Shown here piece by piece: positions 23,150 to 24,688 of a stretch of 24,688 nucleotides of DNA (position 1 is the first letter of the stretch; each line of letters starts with the position of its first letter). The DNA lies in the IMG/VR virus record IMGVR_UViG_3300035135_002966, positions 1 to 24,688 of that record, one strand, 5' to 3'. The stretch is from a virus. Taxonomy: Duplodnaviria > Caudoviricetes. The position numbers and the translations under genes were made by a program. The notes beneath the pieces are model-generated. The model saw only the letters and a list, made by a program, of their open reading frames with translations. It was not told the origin of the DNA and did not search any database.

Positions 23150-23818
23150 ATGGATTGGAAGGACAAACATCGTGAAAGAATCAAAGAATATAGAAGGGCA
23201 CAACAGGCTGAGTATTATGAAAGAAATAAAGAAAAGTTAAAGGCACAACAGGCTGAGTATCGTAAAAATAACAAAGAAAAGATAGCTGAGTATCGTGAGA
23301 GAAACAAAGAAAAGATAAAGGCAAAAAATGCTGAGTATCGTGAAAGAAACAAAGAAAAGATAAAGGAACTGAATGCTGAGTATCATGAAAGAAACAAAGA
23401 AACGCTAAGAGAACGAGACGCGCGTCGTCAATCTGCAAAACAAGCTCGCAAATTTTCCTTAATACAACAATTAGGAGGCAAGTGTGTGCGATGCGGAGAG
23501 GATCATCTGCTCGTTTTGGACTTTCATCATCAAGATCCATCAGCTAAGGAAAATGAAGTACCTAAATTACTAAATGCAGCTAGTAAATATAAAGAAGCAC
23601 AGGAAGAAGCTCAAAAGTGCATCCTGCTTTGCTCTAACTGCCACCGGAAAGAGCATCACGAACTTTCATGGCTTGCAAACTTCCCAGGCTCTGACCTTTA
23701 TATTTGCCCTTGGGAACATTCTGCCTTTACAAAAAAGAAGACAAAAGAAAAGCAAGAGCAAGAGATGGAAGTATTTATTGATACACAATTGAACTATTCA
23801 GCACCATACCTAACATGA
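23150..23818 (+). CDS. HNH endonuclease with N-terminal AEYxERNKEK repeats
   Basis: GGKCVRCG...LDFHHQDP...KCILLCSNCHRKEH zinc-HNH; five charged helical repeats. Confidence 0.88.
   Translation: MDWKDKHRERIKEYRRAQQAEYYERNKEKLKAQQAEYRKNNKEKIAEYRERNKEKIKAKNAEYRERNKEKIKELNAEYHERNKETLRERDARRQSAKQARKFSLIQQLGGKCVRCGEDHLLVLDFHHQDPSAKENEVPKLLNAASKYKEAQEEAQKCILLCSNCHRKEHHELSWLANFPGSDLYICPWEHSAFTKKKTKEKQEQEMEVFIDTQLNYSAPYLT
23207..23410 (+). repeat. Coding tandem repeat (45/33-bp units)
   Basis: GCTGAGTAT at 23207, 23252, 23285, 23330 and 23375. Confidence 0.85.
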
Positions 23819-24030
23819 AAAACGCTAGGCATTACCAGGAAAAAATGGCCCTTTGGTTGCAAAGGGCTCAGGAAGCCATAACAAGGAAAGATGCCAAGAG
23901 GGCTATTAAGAAATTCAAGAAGTCACAGCAACGCTATAAAGAGTGCTATGATTCGGAAGTCGATACCGGCAACCCTTATGGTGATCAGCACCCCAACCCG
24001 AAAACCAGTAGTCAACAAGACCTGCTCTGA
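23815..24030 (+). CDS. Hypothetical protein (71 aa)
   Basis: ATGA-coupled to the HNH gene. Confidence 0.6.
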   Translation: MKNARHYQEKMALWLQRAQEAITRKDAKRAIKKFKKSQQRYKECYDSEVDTGNPYGDQHPNPKTSSQQDLL

Positions 24031-24280
24031 CCCAATTAACAGTTGGCCAGAGCTGTTTGATCGTCTTGATCAATTTGAGATTGAGTGCCAGCCTTACGAA
24101 AACGAAAAGCTTGTTCAGACAGGCTCTATTAATTTTGAGAACAACGTAAAGACTGGTACTGCCATTGAGGCCAGAGTCTCTCAGATTATCAGAGGTGATC
24201 GGACCTATACCACGAAAGTCTTGTTCTATATCCAAGGCAAGCGTGTCTCTAAAGATCACGTAGTCAGACTACTTGCATAA
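23948..24280 (+). CDS. Hypothetical protein (~110 aa; start uncertain)
   Basis: Open frame; ATG 23948 chosen to limit overlap with the previous ORF. Confidence 0.6.
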   Translation: MIRKSIPATLMVISTPTRKPVVNKTCSDPINSWPELFDRLDQFEIECQPYENEKLVQTGSINFENNVKTGTAIEARVSQIIRGDRTYTTKVLFYIQGKRVSKDHVVRLLA

Positions 24281-24296
24281 AGTTTCCTGACGGCAC

Positions 24297-24326
24297 TTGA
24301 CAGGCCCCTCCCTCAGGGGCCATACT
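24297..24326 (+). promoter_or_regulatory. sigma70-type promoter with palindromic spacer
   Basis: TTGACA -18 nt- CATACT; the spacer forms GGCCCCT/AGGGGCC. Confidence 0.6.
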
Positions 24327-24351
24327 GAATATGTACCAAAGGGCTTGACCC

Positions 24352-24555
24352 ATGGAGTTTTCACCAAAAGAACTTTGCATCATCTCTAACTTGGCTAGAG
24401 CCTATGTCACAGGTGCCGATGCTCATGTACTTGTTGAAGATCAAGAAGTATTTAAACTTTTGCGTCGGCTTGACGCAAGTCAATCCATTCAAGATTATCT
24501 TGAAGGTCAGCACACAGCTGCTGATACCAGCTCCACAATGGTCGATTACCAATGA
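24352..24555 (+). CDS. Hypothetical protein (67 aa)
   Basis: Downstream of the promoter; ATGA-coupled to the next ORF. Confidence 0.65.
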   Translation: MEFSPKELCIISNLARAYVTGADAHVLVEDQEVFKLLRRLDASQSIQDYLEGQHTAADTSSTMVDYQ

Positions 24556-24688
24556 CTGACGAAGAACTTGAACTTGCTGAAAACTACAGCAGAGTCAAAG
24601 ATTTCCTTGAGGACAATTACGGTCCCTGGGAACCATCCAAACTCCAGGAAGCCGTCGAAGACATTCTTGACAGCTTAGAAGGCATCGA
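24552..24688 (+). CDS. Hypothetical protein, 3'-truncated (MTDEELELAENYSRVKDFLEDNYGPWEP...)
   Basis: Open to the window edge; coupled start. Confidence 0.6.
   Translation, partial: MTDEELELAENYSRVKDFLEDNYGPWEPSKLQEAVEDILDSLEGI

Noticed and set aside
23137-23175. Leaderless 12-codon ORF (MMQFDGLEGQTS) overlapping the HNH start
   Set aside because: Too short to support; may be chance, although its spacing from TATACT 23124 is compatible.
1-24688. tRNA/rRNA genes, integrase, group I/II introns
   Set aside because: None recognised by eye; both large insertions are in frame with intein motifs. A tRNAscan-SE/Infernal run would be needed to exclude them formally.

Overview
Segment of a cyanobacterial siphovirus-type genome, most like the P-SS2/S-CBS2 group by gene content and order (inferred; the host is probably a picocyanobacterium, Synechococcus/Cyanobium). 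From left to right: a minus-strand winged-helix replication-initiator gene running off the left edge (absent from the ORF track), next to a candidate origin of palindromes, five ~22-bp iterons and an AT-rich tract. A plus-strand block follows: Sak-like annealing protein, sigma factor 1, SSB, host-like Tmk, RusA, RecE-like exonuclease, ThyX, TerS, TerL with a class-3 LAGLIDADG intein, sigma factor 2, DnaG, a nuclease-HNH-AP2 fusion, glutaredoxin, several microproteins, class II RNR with an HNH intein, dCTP deaminase, portal and many small accessory genes. The most interesting element is a candidate nitrogen-sensing circuit. A strong sigma70 promoter drives a glutamine-II (Downstream-peptide)-like riboswitch and a DUF4278-like YRG peptide. 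The riboswitch P2 stem is itself a perfect NtcA-type box, and a 14/16-identical copy of that box lies between the initiator gene and the iterons. A recurrent GG(A/C)A-N3-TA motif 26-29 nt upstream of several starts is a candidate phage-sigma promoter. All family assignments come from motif recognition by eye; no database searches were run.
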